A stretch of 64,000 bases of DNA from an uncultured delta proteobacterium (GTDB taxonomy: Bacteria > Desulfobacterota > Binatia > HRBIN30 > BPIQ01): positions 32,001 to 96,000 of the forward strand of contig CAVXGR010000011.1 of the NCBI GenBank assembly GCA_963761335.1, read 5' to 3'. The position numbers and the translations under genes were made by a program. Shown piece by piece: positions 39,453 through 50,500 of the stretch. The notes beneath the pieces were generated by a model that worked only from the letters and a program-made list of their open reading frames with translations, searched no databases and was not told the origin of the DNA. Positions within the stretch are counted from its first letter, which is position 1. Every line of letters begins with the position of its first letter.

Positions 39453-42377
39453 ATGCGCACACGCGGGCGGGGAACACTCTGGGTGCCACTGCTGGCAATC
39501 GCCTTGCTGGCGGTGGCCGGCTGCGATGATGATTCACCTCCCACCGTCAGCTCGGCGAGCGTCACCCCGACGCCGGAGGCAACGGCTACCGCGGCCTTCA
39601 CCGCGACACCGGCCGCTACCCCAGTGGCAGATGGGCTGCGCGGGCGCGTCACCGGAGACGGCGGTGTGCCGCTGCCGGGCGCGATGGTCACCGCCTTCGA
39701 CGACGAAAGGCTCGAGAGCACCAGCGTGTGGACCGACGCCGACGGGCGCTACTCCTTTCCGCCTCTGCGCGGCATCGCCTATCGCCTGCGCGCCCGCCGC
39801 ATCGGCTTCGCCGATGGAAAACGCGACGGCGTCGACCTGGCCTCGGGCGGCGCCATCGCCGACCTCGTCCTGACGGCGGTGAACGACGTCAACGACCAGC
39901 TCCCCGGCAACTACTTCCTCTCTCTGTTGCACTGGCCGACGCGGCAGGTGGAAGGAGACTTCGTCCGCACCTGCGCCAACTGCCACCAGATCGGCAACTT
40001 CGAGTTCCAGGAACGGCGCACGCCGGAGGAATGGCAGACCGTCGTCAACCGCATGATCGGCTACGGCGCGGTGCCCTTCTTCAAGGAGACCCGCGACCTG
40101 CTGCTGCCCACCCTGACCAGCACCTTCGGCGATCCATCCACCTACCCCTCCTTTCCGGCACCACCACCCCCGGCGGGCGACGCGGTGCGCGCCGTCGTGC
40201 GCGAGTGGGAGATCGATCCGGTGGATCACCCGGAGTGCCATGATCTGGAGCTCGGCACCGACGGCACCGTCTACACCGTTCCCGGCGTGTACACGCTCGA
40301 TCCGGCGAGCGGCGCGCGCGCCCACTACCTCGTCGAGGGCGGCGGGCATTCGATCGAGCGCGACGCCAACGGCGACATGTGGATCACTGCGCCTGGACCG
40401 GAGCAGCTGATCAAGCTCGACGTGCACACCAAAGCGTTCACCAAGTACAACCAGCCGCGCATCGGCGACGACCTCGGCTCCTATCCGCACACCCTGCGAT
40501 TCGATGCCCAGGGACGCATCTGGTACACGCTGTCGCGTTCCAACCACGTCTGCCGCTTCGACCCGCCGACGGCGCAGTTCACCTACTACCGTCTGCCGCC
40601 GGCCGATCCGACGGAGAGCGGCGTGCCCATTCCCGTGCCCTATGGCTGCGACGTGGCTCCCGACCAGACGGTGTGGTGGTCGCAGCTCTTCGGACACAAG
40701 ATCGGCCGCATCGACCCGACGACCGGCGCCATCACCTGGTGGCGGCCGCCCTTCGACGGACCGCGGCGCCTCGGCGTCGGTCCGGACAACATCGTCTGGG
40801 TGCCGGGCTACGGATCCGCACAGCTCGGCCGCTTCGATCCGCGATCGGAGACGTGGAAGGTGTACGACCTGCCGGCGGTGCCGCGGGGCACGGATCTGCC
40901 CTACAACGTCAGCGTCAACCGCGGCACCGGCGACGTGTGGATCACCGGCTCCAACTCCGACACGCTCATCCGTTTCCAACCGGCCACCGAGACCTTCACT
41001 TCCTTCCATCTGCCCACGCCGGTCGACTTCACCCGCGAGATCGAGTTCGGCGACGACGGCAGCGTGTGGACCTGCACCTCCGACGCCAAGACGAGCGAAG
41101 AGGATCCGGGATCGGGACGCATCATCGAGCTGCAGCTGCTCGAACGCCAGGGCGCCTGCGGCGACGGTGCGCTGCAGCTCGGCGAGGAGTGCGACGACGG
41201 CAACACGGTCAGCTGCGACGGCTGCTCCGCTGACTGCCGCGTCGAGACCGGCTGCGGCGACGGCGTGCGCTGCGGCGCCGAGGCATGTGACGACGGCAAC
41301 CATCTCGACTGCGACGGCTGCTCGGCGGAATGCGGAGTCGAAGCCGGTGCCGCCTGCGGCGACGGCGAGATCGACGCGGCCTGCGGCGAGCAGTGTGATC
41401 CGCCGGGACCGGCGTGCACCGACCTGTGCCAGCGCCTGCCCGTCTGCGGCGACGGCTTCCGCGATGGCGGCGAGGAATGCGACGACGGCAACACGGTCAG
41501 CTGCGACGGCTGCTCCGCCGACTGCCGCGTCGAGACCGGGTGCGGCGACGGTGTGCGCTGCGGAGACGAGGAGTGCGACGACGGCAACGACGCGTCCTGC
41601 GACGGCTGCTCGCCGGCCTGCAGTCTCGAGATCGGAGCCACCTGCGGCGATGGCGTCGTCAACAGCGATTGTGGCGAAGAGTGCGATCCGCCTGGAGGCG
41701 CCTGCTCGCTCAGCTGCCGGCTGTCGAACGCCGATCTGGGGACCCGCCACTTCAGCTTCGGCGGCTCGTTCTACTCGTCGCCGCTCGGAAACCAGGTGCC
41801 GCTCGGAACCCTCGCGGGCGCCATCGATCTGCTCGCCGGCGCCCCCGATGCCGAGGGCGTCGCCACCGTCGCCGTCGACGGCCCGGTGTACTACTCCGCC
41901 GCCATCCTCGGCGGGACCTTTGGGCACCTGTGCGTGCGCATCGACAGCTGCACCGGCTTCGTCGATTGCGACGGGGGCACGCCGGTCGGCAATCGCATCG
42001 TGCAGGACAGCCGCGGTCCGGGAATCAACGGCGGCCCGGTAATGTTGACCACCGGACTTGGCGAGGCCTCACCGGGCGCTGTGGAGCTGCGCTGCCAGCA
42101 GAGCTTCGTACAGCTCGCGGCCGGGGCGCCGGCCGACTGCGAGAACGCCGCCTATCCCGAGTCGCAGCTGGTGGTCTACTCCACGGGAACGGTCGAGGCG
42201 TCGTTCGAGAACGGCAACACCAAGGTCGGCGACGGCACGATCACCGCCCACGGAGAGCCCTTCAGCTGCACCGCCTGGAGCACCGAGAACGGCGCCGGGC
42301 AGCTGGCCGGCGCCTACCTCGTGGAGGAGAACCCGGACGCCGGCGACGTCGCCAATGTGAATCTGCTCGACGACTGA
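39453..42377 (+). CDS. Lipoprotein: carboxypeptidase-regulatory-like domain + cytochrome c + Vgb-like beta-propeller + Myxococcus-type Cys-rich repeats
   Basis: Lipobox VAG|C; GRV.....PLPGA.V...TDADGRYSF; CANCH...RMIGYG; propeller repeats; CGDG....GEECDDGN..SCDGCSADC repeats. Confidence 0.88.
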   Translation: MRTRGRGTLWVPLLAIALLAVAGCDDDSPPTVSSASVTPTPEATATAAFTATPAATPVADGLRGRVTGDGGVPLPGAMVTAFDDERLESTSVWTDADGRYSFPPLRGIAYRLRARRIGFADGKRDGVDLASGGAIADLVLTAVNDVNDQLPGNYFLSLLHWPTRQVEGDFVRTCANCHQIGNFEFQERRTPEEWQTVVNRMIGYGAVPFFKETRDLLLPTLTSTFGDPSTYPSFPAPPPPAGDAVRAVVREWEIDPVDHPECHDLELGTDGTVYTVPGVYTLDPASGARAHYLVEGGGHSIERDANGDMWITAPGPEQLIKLDVHTKAFTKYNQPRIGDDLGSYPHTLRFDAQGRIWYTLSRSNHVCRFDPPTAQFTYYRLPPADPTESGVPIPVPYGCDVAPDQTVWWSQLFGHKIGRIDPTTGAITWWRPPFDGPRRLGVGPDNIVWVPGYGSAQLGRFDPRSETWKVYDLPAVPRGTDLPYNVSVNRGTGDVWITGSNSDTLIRFQPATETFTSFHLPTPVDFTREIEFGDDGSVWTCTSDAKTSEEDPGSGRIIELQLLERQGACGDGALQLGEECDDGNTVSCDGCSADCRVETGCGDGVRCGAEACDDGNHLDCDGCSAECGVEAGAACGDGEIDAACGEQCDPPGPACTDLCQRLPVCGDGFRDGGEECDDGNTVSCDGCSADCRVETGCGDGVRCGDEECDDGNDASCDGCSPACSLEIGATCGDGVVNSDCGEECDPPGGACSLSCRLSNADLGTRHFSFGGSFYSSPLGNQVPLGTLAGAIDLLAGAPDAEGVATVAVDGPVYYSAAILGGTFGHLCVRIDSCTGFVDCDGGTPVGNRIVQDSRGPGINGGPVMLTTGLGEASPGAVELRCQQSFVQLAAGAPADCENAAYPESQLVVYSTGTVEASFENGNTKVGDGTITAHGEPFSCTAWSTENGAGQLAGAYLVEENPDAGDVANVNLLDD
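41181..41563 (+). repeat. Intragenic tandem duplication with a 288-bp period
   Basis: Near-identical DNA ggcgagga.tgcgacgacggcaacacggtcagctgcgacggctgctccgc.gactgccgcgtcgagaccgg starting at 41181 and 41469. Confidence 0.85.
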
Positions 42378-42479
42378 CAGCAACCCCGCCGTCCCGAGAC
42401 TCGAAAACAGACGAGCTTGTTGCCTAATCATCTGAACAAAATTCATTGACAAATTTGATCAGTCGAGCAATACGCCGAC

Positions 42480-43151
42480 ATGGCTCGGCACGCCGGATCC
42501 GCCCGCCCCTCCGCTCCGGGCGTGCCGGCGCGGCCGGCGCGGCAGAAGCGCGCCGTGGAGACTCGCGAGCGGGTGATCGAAGCGGCGCTGCAGGCGTTTG
42601 CCGAGCGCGGCTTCGACGGCGCCACGACTCGCGAGATCGCCGCCCGCGCCGGCATCAACCAGGGGCTGATCGGCTACCACTTCGCCAGCAAGGAGGACCT
42701 GTGGAAGGCGGCGGTCGAGCGCATCTTCGGGCTCTTGCGCGGGAGCTTCGCCCAGCGCCTGGAAGCTCTCGCCGACGTCGACGCTGGCACTCGCCTGGCG
42801 GCTCTCGTGCGTCACTTCGTGCGCTTTGCCGCCAGCCATCCCGAGCTGCATCGCCTCATGGTGCAGGAGGGCAAACGCGACGGGTCGCGCATGCAGTGGC
42901 TGGTCGACCGGCACGTGCGGCCGCTTTACGAGCTGTCGACCGAGCTCATCCGCCAGGCACAGGCAGAGAACGCCGTGCCGGCGGAGATACCGCCCGTGCA
43001 CCTCTATTACATGCTGCTCGGGGCCGCCGCACATCTCTTCGTCGTGGCCCCGGAGTGCCGCCACCTCACCGGGGGTGACCCGATGGCGGCCCAGATGATC
43101 GAGCAACACGCCGAAGCGGTTGCGGCGCTCATGCTGCACGGGACTCGCTGA
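42480..43151 (+). CDS. TetR/AcrR family transcriptional regulator
   Basis: TRERVIEAALQAFAERGFDGATTREIAARAGINQGLIGYHFASKEDLW; TTGACA at 42446 upstream. Confidence 0.93.
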   Translation: MARHAGSARPSAPGVPARPARQKRAVETRERVIEAALQAFAERGFDGATTREIAARAGINQGLIGYHFASKEDLWKAAVERIFGLLRGSFAQRLEALADVDAGTRLAALVRHFVRFAASHPELHRLMVQEGKRDGSRMQWLVDRHVRPLYELSTELIRQAQAENAVPAEIPPVHLYYMLLGAAAHLFVVAPECRHLTGGDPMAAQMIEQHAEAVAALMLHGTR

Positions 43152-43286
43152 GCACTTTCCCGGTTCTACTCCCCTCTGGAGTTAGGATTGTCGCCCGTCA
43201 CCGGCGATGATAGTTGACTTCGCCAGAGGCGAGCTCTGGATCTGCGGAATTTTCAGCGGGACGGCCGCCCCGGCGGCAGCACGGGC

Positions 43287-44660
43287 GTGCCGGCGAGGTG
43301 GGGGTGTGGACGCGCCGCAGGATCGATCGCTGTCCCTCTCCTCCTTGCCCTGGCCGCGGCATTGCCGGTGCGCGCCGGCAATGAGGCAACCTTCGGCGGC
43401 CCCGTCCTGTCGCTCGACGAAGCAGTGGCGCTGGGGCTGGAGCGCGACCGCGGTGTGCGGGATGCGGCTCTGGAGGTCCAGCAGGCCGCAGGCGCGGTGA
43501 GCGCAGCGCGCAGTCAGCGTTTGCCCGGGGTCCGCTTTCGCCTGCGCGGCGCCCGCAGCCTGACGCCGGAGAGCTACCTGCTCAAGCCCGGACACATCGG
43601 CGCCTTTCGCGAGACTGGGCCGATTCCGACGGAGACCGAGGGCCGCGCCAGCGGACCGCTGACCGGGCTGCTGATGACCGAGGCGGCGCAGCCGCTGTCG
43701 CAGCAGTATCGTTTCGGGCTCGGCATCGAGGAGCTCGAGCTGCGGCGCAGCCTCGCCGGAGAGCGCCTGCGCGGCCAGCGCCAACGCTCCGCCCACGACA
43801 TCAAGCGCGCCTACTACCGCACTCTGGAGCATCAGGGCGCCGTCGAGGCGGGCGAGGATTGGCTCGCCGTGCTCCGCCAGATCGGCGGGCTTGCCGCCGC
43901 CGATGCGGCGGCCGCCGACGCCCCCCGTGCGGGCACCGGCGAGATCCGGAGGCGCCTGGCCGCCGCCGAGACCGAGGTCGAGGCGCAGCGCGCCGCCCTC
44001 GAGGTGGCGCGATCGCAGCTGAACCTTCTCCTCGGCCGCGACGCCGCCGCCCCGCTCCGCGTGCGCCAGGACGCCGAGGCGCTGCCCTCGGCGCCGGCGC
44101 TCGACGAAGCGCGCCGGCGCGCCGTGGAACGCCGGCCCGAGGTGCGCATCGCCGACCTGCGGGTGAAGCAGGCCGAGGTCAGCCTGCGCATCGAACGCGC
44201 CGGCTTCATCCCTGACATCAGCGCCCTCTTCTACCACGCTCAGCCACTCGACACGGGCGGGCTTCCGGGCGAGCTCGCCTACGCGGGCCTGCAGCTGAGC
44301 ACCGACATCTTCGACTGGGGCCGCCGGAGCCGCGAGGTCGCCGAGCGCCACCGCGCCGTGGCGCAGGCGCAGAATGCCGCACGCGATGCGCGCGCTCGCG
44401 TGACCCGAGAGGCGGACGATCGCGCCGCCGCCGTGCAGGCGGCGAATGCGCAGCTGCTCGCAGCGGCGGCGGGCAGGAACGCCGCCCGCGGCGCTCTGGC
44501 CGCCGCCGTCGCGCAGCTGCGCCGTCAGCCGCGCCTGCTCGAGCAGGCATTGGCCGCGCAGCTCGCGGCGCAGCAGGCAGAGGGCGCCTATCGGCGCGCC
44601 TTGTCCGCCTTTCTGACGGCGCGCGCCGACCTCGAGCGCGGCCTCGGTGAGGACTGGTAA
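43287..44660 (+). CDS. TolC family outer-membrane efflux protein
   Basis: Signal peptide; LSLDEAVALGL, RSQRLP, LNLLLG, RPEV, IFDWG, ARADLERGLG; start uncertain. Confidence 0.82.
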   Translation: MPARWGCGRAAGSIAVPLLLALAAALPVRAGNEATFGGPVLSLDEAVALGLERDRGVRDAALEVQQAAGAVSAARSQRLPGVRFRLRGARSLTPESYLLKPGHIGAFRETGPIPTETEGRASGPLTGLLMTEAAQPLSQQYRFGLGIEELELRRSLAGERLRGQRQRSAHDIKRAYYRTLEHQGAVEAGEDWLAVLRQIGGLAAADAAAADAPRAGTGEIRRRLAAAETEVEAQRAALEVARSQLNLLLGRDAAAPLRVRQDAEALPSAPALDEARRRAVERRPEVRIADLRVKQAEVSLRIERAGFIPDISALFYHAQPLDTGGLPGELAYAGLQLSTDIFDWGRRSREVAERHRAVAQAQNAARDARARVTREADDRAAAVQAANAQLLAAAAGRNAARGALAAAVAQLRRQPRLLEQALAAQLAAQQAEGAYRRALSAFLTARADLERGLGEDW

Positions 44661-44706
44661 CAGGCGCGACGCCGCCGGCGCCGTGGTTCCGCCGTCGCGC
44701 AGCCCT

Positions 44707-46095
44707 TCATGCCTCGCCCGGCGGCTTCAATCCGTATTTCTGGATGCGGTAGCGCAGCGTCTGGCGCGTGGTGCCGAGGGCGCGGGCGGCGGCGGTGACG
44801 TTGTAGTCGGCGCGCTCCAGCGCCTGCTGGATGATGTACTTATCCATGTCGTCCAGCGCCATGCGGCCGTCGAGCGGCAGCCGCAACCACTCGCCGTCCA
44901 CCTCGGCGGCGGGCGGCGCCGGGGCTTCCCCGAGCTGCAGCCACCTCTCCGGAAACTCCTCGCCGTCGGCGAAGAGAACGCAGCGCTCGACGACGTTGCG
45001 CAGCTCGCGCACGTTCCCGGGCCAGTCGTGGGCGCGAAGCTTCTGCCGCACCCGCTCCGGCACGAAGCGCACGCTGCGGTGCGCCGTGAGGTCGAACTCG
45101 GCCACGAACAGCGGAACGAGCTCGTCGAGGTCCTCGCGGCGCTCGCGCAGTGGCGGCAGATCGAGGCGGAAGACGCTCAGCCGGTGATAGAGGTCGGGCC
45201 GAAAGGAACCCTCGGCGACCTGCGCCGCCAGATCGCGGTTGCTCGCCGCCAGCACCTGAACGTCGGTCTCGACCTCGCGCTCACTGCCGAGCGGGCGAAC
45301 CCGCCGATCCTCGATCGCCTTGAGCAGCTTCGCCTGAATGCCGATGCCCATCTCGCCGATCTCGTCGAGAAACAGCGTGCCCCCGTGCGCCTGCTCGAGC
45401 AGGCCGCGGTGACGCCCCTTGGCCCCGGTGAAGGCGCCGGCCTCGTGGCCGAAGATCTCCGACTCGAGCAGCTCCTGCGGCAACGCGGCGCAGTTCACCT
45501 CGACGAGCGGCCCGCCGGCGCGCGGGCCGCTGTAGTGGAGAATGCGCGCCACCAGCCCCTTGCCGGTTCCCGTCTCACCGCCGATCACCAGAGCGCTGAA
45601 GGGCACGCGGGTCAACCGCTGCAGCAGCTCGCGGACCTGTTGCGCAGCGGTGCTGGAGCCGACGAAAGCGTCCGGCGAGTAGCGGCGGTTCTGCGCGGTG
45701 ACCTGCTCGCGCAGCCGGCGTTGCGCCCGCGAGCTGCGCGCCGCGCCGGCGACCACCAGATCGAGGCGATCCGTCGAGCACGGCTTCTCGAGGAAGTCGT
45801 AGGCGCCGAGACGCAGCGCCCGCACCGAATCGGGAATGGTCCCGAAGCCGGTGAGCAGGATCCATTCTCCGCCCGCGGCATCTCGGCGCAGGCTCTCCAG
45901 CAGATCGAGGGCGCTGCCGTCGGGGAGGTTCATGTCGGAGAGCACCACCAGCGGCTCGACACCGCCCGCAAAGAGCTCGCGCGCCTGCGCCAGGGTGGCG
46001 GCCCGGCTCACCTCCCATCCCTCGCTGCGGAAGTGACGCAGCAGCTCGTTGCCGAGCAGGTCCTCGTCCTCGATGACCAGCAGCGATTCAGTCAT
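44707..46095 (-). CDS. Sigma54-dependent response regulator (NtrC family)
   Basis: REC (IEDE, SDMNLPDG), GETGTGKG, ESEIFGHEAGAFTGA, LFLDEIGE, WPGNVREL, Fis-type HTH. Confidence 0.95.
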   Translation of the reverse strand: MTESLLVIEDEDLLGNELLRHFRSEGWEVSRAATLAQARELFAGGVEPLVVLSDMNLPDGSALDLLESLRRDAAGGEWILLTGFGTIPDSVRALRLGAYDFLEKPCSTDRLDLVVAGAARSSRAQRRLREQVTAQNRRYSPDAFVGSSTAAQQVRELLQRLTRVPFSALVIGGETGTGKGLVARILHYSGPRAGGPLVEVNCAALPQELLESEIFGHEAGAFTGAKGRHRGLLEQAHGGTLFLDEIGEMGIGIQAKLLKAIEDRRVRPLGSEREVETDVQVLAASNRDLAAQVAEGSFRPDLYHRLSVFRLDLPPLRERREDLDELVPLFVAEFDLTAHRSVRFVPERVRQKLRAHDWPGNVRELRNVVERCVLFADGEEFPERWLQLGEAPAPPAAEVDGEWLRLPLDGRMALDDMDKYIIQQALERADYNVTAAARALGTTRQTLRYRIQKYGLKPPGEA

Positions 46096-47572
46096 GGGAG
46101 CACGGCAGGAGCAGGCGCACGCGGGCACCGTGCGGCGGGGTGTTTTCGAGGAGCAGATCGCCGCCGAGATCGAGAGCCACGCGCCGTACCATCGCCAGCC
46201 CGAGCCCGGTGCCGCCCTCGCGACAGCTGGAGAAGGTCTGGGCGCCGGTGCGCAGAATCTCCGCGGGGAAGCCGGGACCGTCGTCGCCCACCGCCAGCGC
46301 CAGGGCGCGGTCGCGGCGCGTCGCCGAGACGCGTATGTGTCCGGGCGCAGCGCCGATCGCCTGCACCGAGTTGAGCACCAGATTCAGGAGCGCCTGCCGC
46401 ACCCGGTCGCGCGGCAGGATGCACTCGAGCTCTGCCGCCACGTCCGACTCGAGCTGCACCTGCTCCGGCACCTGATAGCGCACCAGCGCCAGGAGCTCGT
46501 CGATCAGGCTGCGCAGCTGCACCGGGCGAGGCGGCTCGGGCGCATGCCGCGCCGAGGAGAGGTGCTGGTTCAGCAGGCGCGTCAGCCTCTCGATCTCGGA
46601 GGTGAGCAGGTTGATCCGCTCGACCAGATCCGGATCACTGATGTCGCGCCGCAGGTTGGCGAGGCTGAGGAGCACCCCGGCGAGCGGGTTGCGAAGCTCG
46701 TGCGCCAGCCCCGCCGCCATCTCCCCGGCCGCCGCCAGCCGTTCGGCGCGCGCCAGGGTGCGCTGCTGCTCGAGCAGCGCCTCGGTGGCGTTGCGCACCT
46801 CGCTCTCCAGGGAACGCGCCCGCGAGCGGTGCTGCGCCTCGAGCTCCTCGAGACGGGTCACCAGGTGATTGTAGTTGCGGAAGAGCGGCACCAGGATGGG
46901 ATGCACGCCGTCGGCGGAGATGGCGCGGAACTGCCCGCTGGCGAGCTCGCCGAGGAGGGCGCGCAGGTCGTCGAGGGGGCGCACGATGCGCTCGCGCAGC
47001 GTCCAGTATGCCAGTAGCGCCAGCGCCGGCAGGCCGAGGAGAATGGCGATGGCGATCGAGAGACCGCGGCTGGCATCCTCGCTGATGGTGCTCAGCAACC
47101 GCGCCTGCGCCTGGTTCTCCCCGATGACGATCTCCCGCACCACGCCCAGCGCCGCGACCAGACGCGCCTGCGGAATCGGCGGCGGCCCGCCGAGCAGCTC
47201 CGCCAGCACCGCCAGCCGCTCGTCGGTGCGCGGATCGAGGTGCAGCCGCACCACCCGAATCTCGGCGATCTCCTGGCGCAGATCCCCGAGCAGCTGGGCG
47301 CTGGCGATCTGCGCCCCGACGAGGTTGAGCACCAGCGACTGCTGCAGGTGCAGGCTGAGCTGCTGGACGCGCGCCGTGTGGCCGACGTGAAGGCGAATGC
47401 GCTCGACGCGACGCTGCTCGCGCCAGGCCATGACGCCGAGGACGGCGACCGCGACCACCAGCAGAATGGCGAGCGAAAGGGCGAGGAGCTGCGCCGGCCG
47501 CGTCAGCACCTGCTTCCATGCGATCGCTGCAGCGGGCCGCTCGCTGGCGGCGATCTGTCCCGAGGCCGCCAT
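46088..47572 (-). CDS. Membrane sensor histidine kinase (HAMP-HisKA-HATPase)
   Basis: C-terminal part of the 46088..50260 ORF; two TM segments, AHELRNPL, NLVLNS, DDGPG, GTGLGL; overlaps the regulator start. Confidence 0.9.
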   Translation of the reverse strand: MAASGQIAASERPAAAIAWKQVLTRPAQLLALSLAILLVVAVAVLGVMAWREQRRVERIRLHVGHTARVQQLSLHLQQSLVLNLVGAQIASAQLLGDLRQEIAEIRVVRLHLDPRTDERLAVLAELLGGPPPIPQARLVAALGVVREIVIGENQAQARLLSTISEDASRGLSIAIAILLGLPALALLAYWTLRERIVRPLDDLRALLGELASGQFRAISADGVHPILVPLFRNYNHLVTRLEELEAQHRSRARSLESEVRNATEALLEQQRTLARAERLAAAGEMAAGLAHELRNPLAGVLLSLANLRRDISDPDLVERINLLTSEIERLTRLLNQHLSSARHAPEPPRPVQLRSLIDELLALVRYQVPEQVQLESDVAAELECILPRDRVRQALLNLVLNSVQAIGAAPGHIRVSATRRDRALALAVGDDGPGFPAEILRTGAQTFSSCREGGTGLGLAMVRRVALDLGGDLLLENTPPHGARVRLLLPCSHD

Positions 47573-47580
47573 TTCCCCGC

Positions 47581-50500
47581 TCAGCCGCCCGCGGCCGGCG
47601 CCGGACGCGGCGCCCGTCGCCAGCGACTGCGCACCTCGCGCATCTTCTCCACGAAGGCCTCGAGGTAGGTGTAATAGACCGGAGTCAGATAGAGGGTGAC
47701 CAGCTGCGAGAAGAGCAGGCCGCCGACCACCGCCAGGCCGAGCGGCCGCCGCGACGCCGAGCCGGCGCCGATCCCGAGCGCGATCGGCAGGGCGCCGAAG
47801 AGCGCCGCCGCCGTGGTCATCATGATCGGGCGGAAGCGGATGACGCAGCCCTGGTAGATCGCCTCGAAGGTGCTCTTGCCCTCCTGCCGCTGCGCCTCGA
47901 GGGCGAAGTCGATCTGCATGATGGCGTTCTTCTTGACGATGCCGACCAGCATGATCAGACCGACGAGGCTGTAGACGTTGAGCTCCTCGCCGAAGATCAG
48001 CAGCGTCAGCAGCGCCCCGAACCCCGCCGACGGCAGACCGGAGAGAATGGTGAGCGGGTGCACGAAGCTCTCGTAGAGGATGCCGAGGACGAGGTAGATG
48101 ACCAGCAGCGCGGCGAGCAGCAGAACCCAGAATCCCGACAGCGACGACTGGAAGGCCTCTGCGGTGCCCTGAAAGCTGGTGGTGACGGTCGCCGGCAGGA
48201 GCTGGCGAGCGACACTCTCGACGTTGCTGACCGCCTCGCCGAGCGAGGTTCCCGGGCTCAGGTTGAAGGAGATGGTCGCCGAGGGCAGCTGCCCGGCGTG
48301 GTTCACCGTCAGCGGTCCGGCGTTCTTCTCCAGATGAGACACCGCGTCGAGCGGCACCAGCTGGTTCTTGTCCGAGCGCACGTAGAGCAGCGACAGTGCG
48401 GCGGGATCGCCGCGGTAGCGATCCTCGAGCTCGAGGATCACCTTGTACTGATTGTTGGGAGCGTAGATCGTCGAGATCCAGCGGTCGCCGTAGGCGTCGA
48501 ACAGCGCGTTCTCGACCTCCTCCGCGCTGACCCCCAGGGCCGACGCCTTGTCGCGGTCGATCACCACGTTCACCTGGGGATTCTGCAGCTGCATGTCGCT
48601 GGTGACGTCGCGCAGCTGCGGCATCTTCTGCAGCCGCTCGAGCAGCTCGTCGGCGTCGCGATAGAGCTCCCCGGTGTCGGGGCTCTGCAGGGTGAACTGA
48701 TAGAGGCTCTTGGTCAGCTGCCCGCCGACACGGATGCTCGGCAGCTCCTGCATGTAAACGCGCATCCCGGGCATGCCCATCGTCTTCTGGCGTAGTCGCG
48801 CCATGACCGACTGCAGGCTGCCGCGCTCCGAGGCGGGCAGCAGGTGCATGAACATACGTCCCTGGTTGGAGGTGGTTCCCGCTGACGCATTGGAGCCGGT
48901 GACGCTGGAGAACAGCGCGCGTATGGCCGGGTCCTGGCGGACGATATCCGACACCGCCTTCTGATAGCGCACCATGGCGTCGAAGGAGACGCCCTGCACC
49001 GCCTCGGTGACCGCAAAGATGGCGCTCTGGTCCTCGTTGGGAATGAAGCCCTTGGGCACCCGGACGAAGAGGACCAAGGTGGCGGCGAGGATTGCCAGCG
49101 ACACCAGCATGGTCGCCGGACGGTGTCGCAACACCCATTTCAGGCTGCGCTCGTAGCCGCGCAGCATGGCGTCGAAGCCGCGCTCGGTGAGCGCGAACAG
49201 CCGGCCGTGGCGCGCCTCGGCCCCCGGGCGCAGGAAACGGCTGCACAGCATGGGCGTGAGCGTCAGCGAGACGACGCCGGAGAGCAGGATGGTGACGCAG
49301 ATGGTGACCGAGAACTCGTGAAAGAGGCGGCCGAGAATGCCGGGCATGAACAGCACCGGAATGAACACGGCCGCCAGCGAGAGGGTCATCGAGAGAATGG
49401 TGAAGCCGATCTCGCTCGAGCCGCTGAGCGCCGCCTCGAGCGGCCGCTCGCCCATCTCCATGTGACGGACGATGTTCTCCAGCATGACGATGGCGTCGTC
49501 GACGACGAATCCGATCGACAGCATCAGGGCCATCAACGACAGGTTGTCGAGGCTGTAGCCGAGCGGATACATGATGGCGAAGGTGCCGACGATCGACAGC
49601 GGCAGCGCCAGGCTGGGAATGATGGTGGCAGAGAGGTTGCGCAGAAAAACGAAGATCACCAGCACCACCAGCACCAGCGCCAAGACCATGGTGAACTTGA
49701 CGTCGTTCACCGAGGCCAGGATCGACGCGGAGCGGTCGAAGAGCACGTGCAGATGCACCGACGGCGGCAGCTGGCGTTCCAGAGTCGGCAGAATGTCCTT
49801 GACCGCCTCGGCGACGGCGACGGTGTTGGTTCCCGGCTGTCGCTGGATGGCGAGGACGACGGCGCGCTGCAAGGTGGAGCTGTCGCCGTACCAGGACGCC
49901 GACTTGTCGTCCTCGACGCCGTCGACGACGGTGCCGAGATCGCCGAGGCGGACCGGCGCGCCGTTGCGATAGGCGACGATCACCGGCCGATAGACGGCCG
50001 CTTCGGTGAGCTGCCCGTTGGCCTGAATGGTGTAGTGCTTGTCGCTGCCCTGCAGCGTGCCGGTCGGCAGGTTGACATTGGCGGCGCTCACCGCCCGCGC
50101 CACCTCGCCGATTCCGAGCCCGAGGGTGGCGAGCTGCCGCGGATCGAGCTTGATGCGCACCGCGTATTTCTGGGAGCCGAACACCTGCACCTGAGCGACG
50201 TCCCTGACCATGGAGATGCGCTGCGCCATCAGCGTCTCTCCGTACTCGTCGAGCGTCCACAACGGCAGCGTGTCCGATGTCAGGCCGATGTACAGGATGG
50301 GCTGGTCGGCCGGATTGACCTTGCGGAAGGTGGGGGGATTCGGCATCCCGGGCGGCAACAGCGGCGACGCCTGCGTGATCGCCGCCTGCACGTCCTGCGC
50401 CGCTGCGTCGATGTTTCGATCGAGGTCGAACTGCATGGTGACCTGCGTCGAGCCCAGAGAGTTCGCCGAGTTCATCGAGGCGATGCCGGCGATGGTCGAG

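Noticed and set aside
47573..50260. 1390-aa giant kinase ORF
   Set aside because: The first 896 or so codons are an Arg/Gly-rich alternate frame of the RND gene; the real kinase starts near 47572
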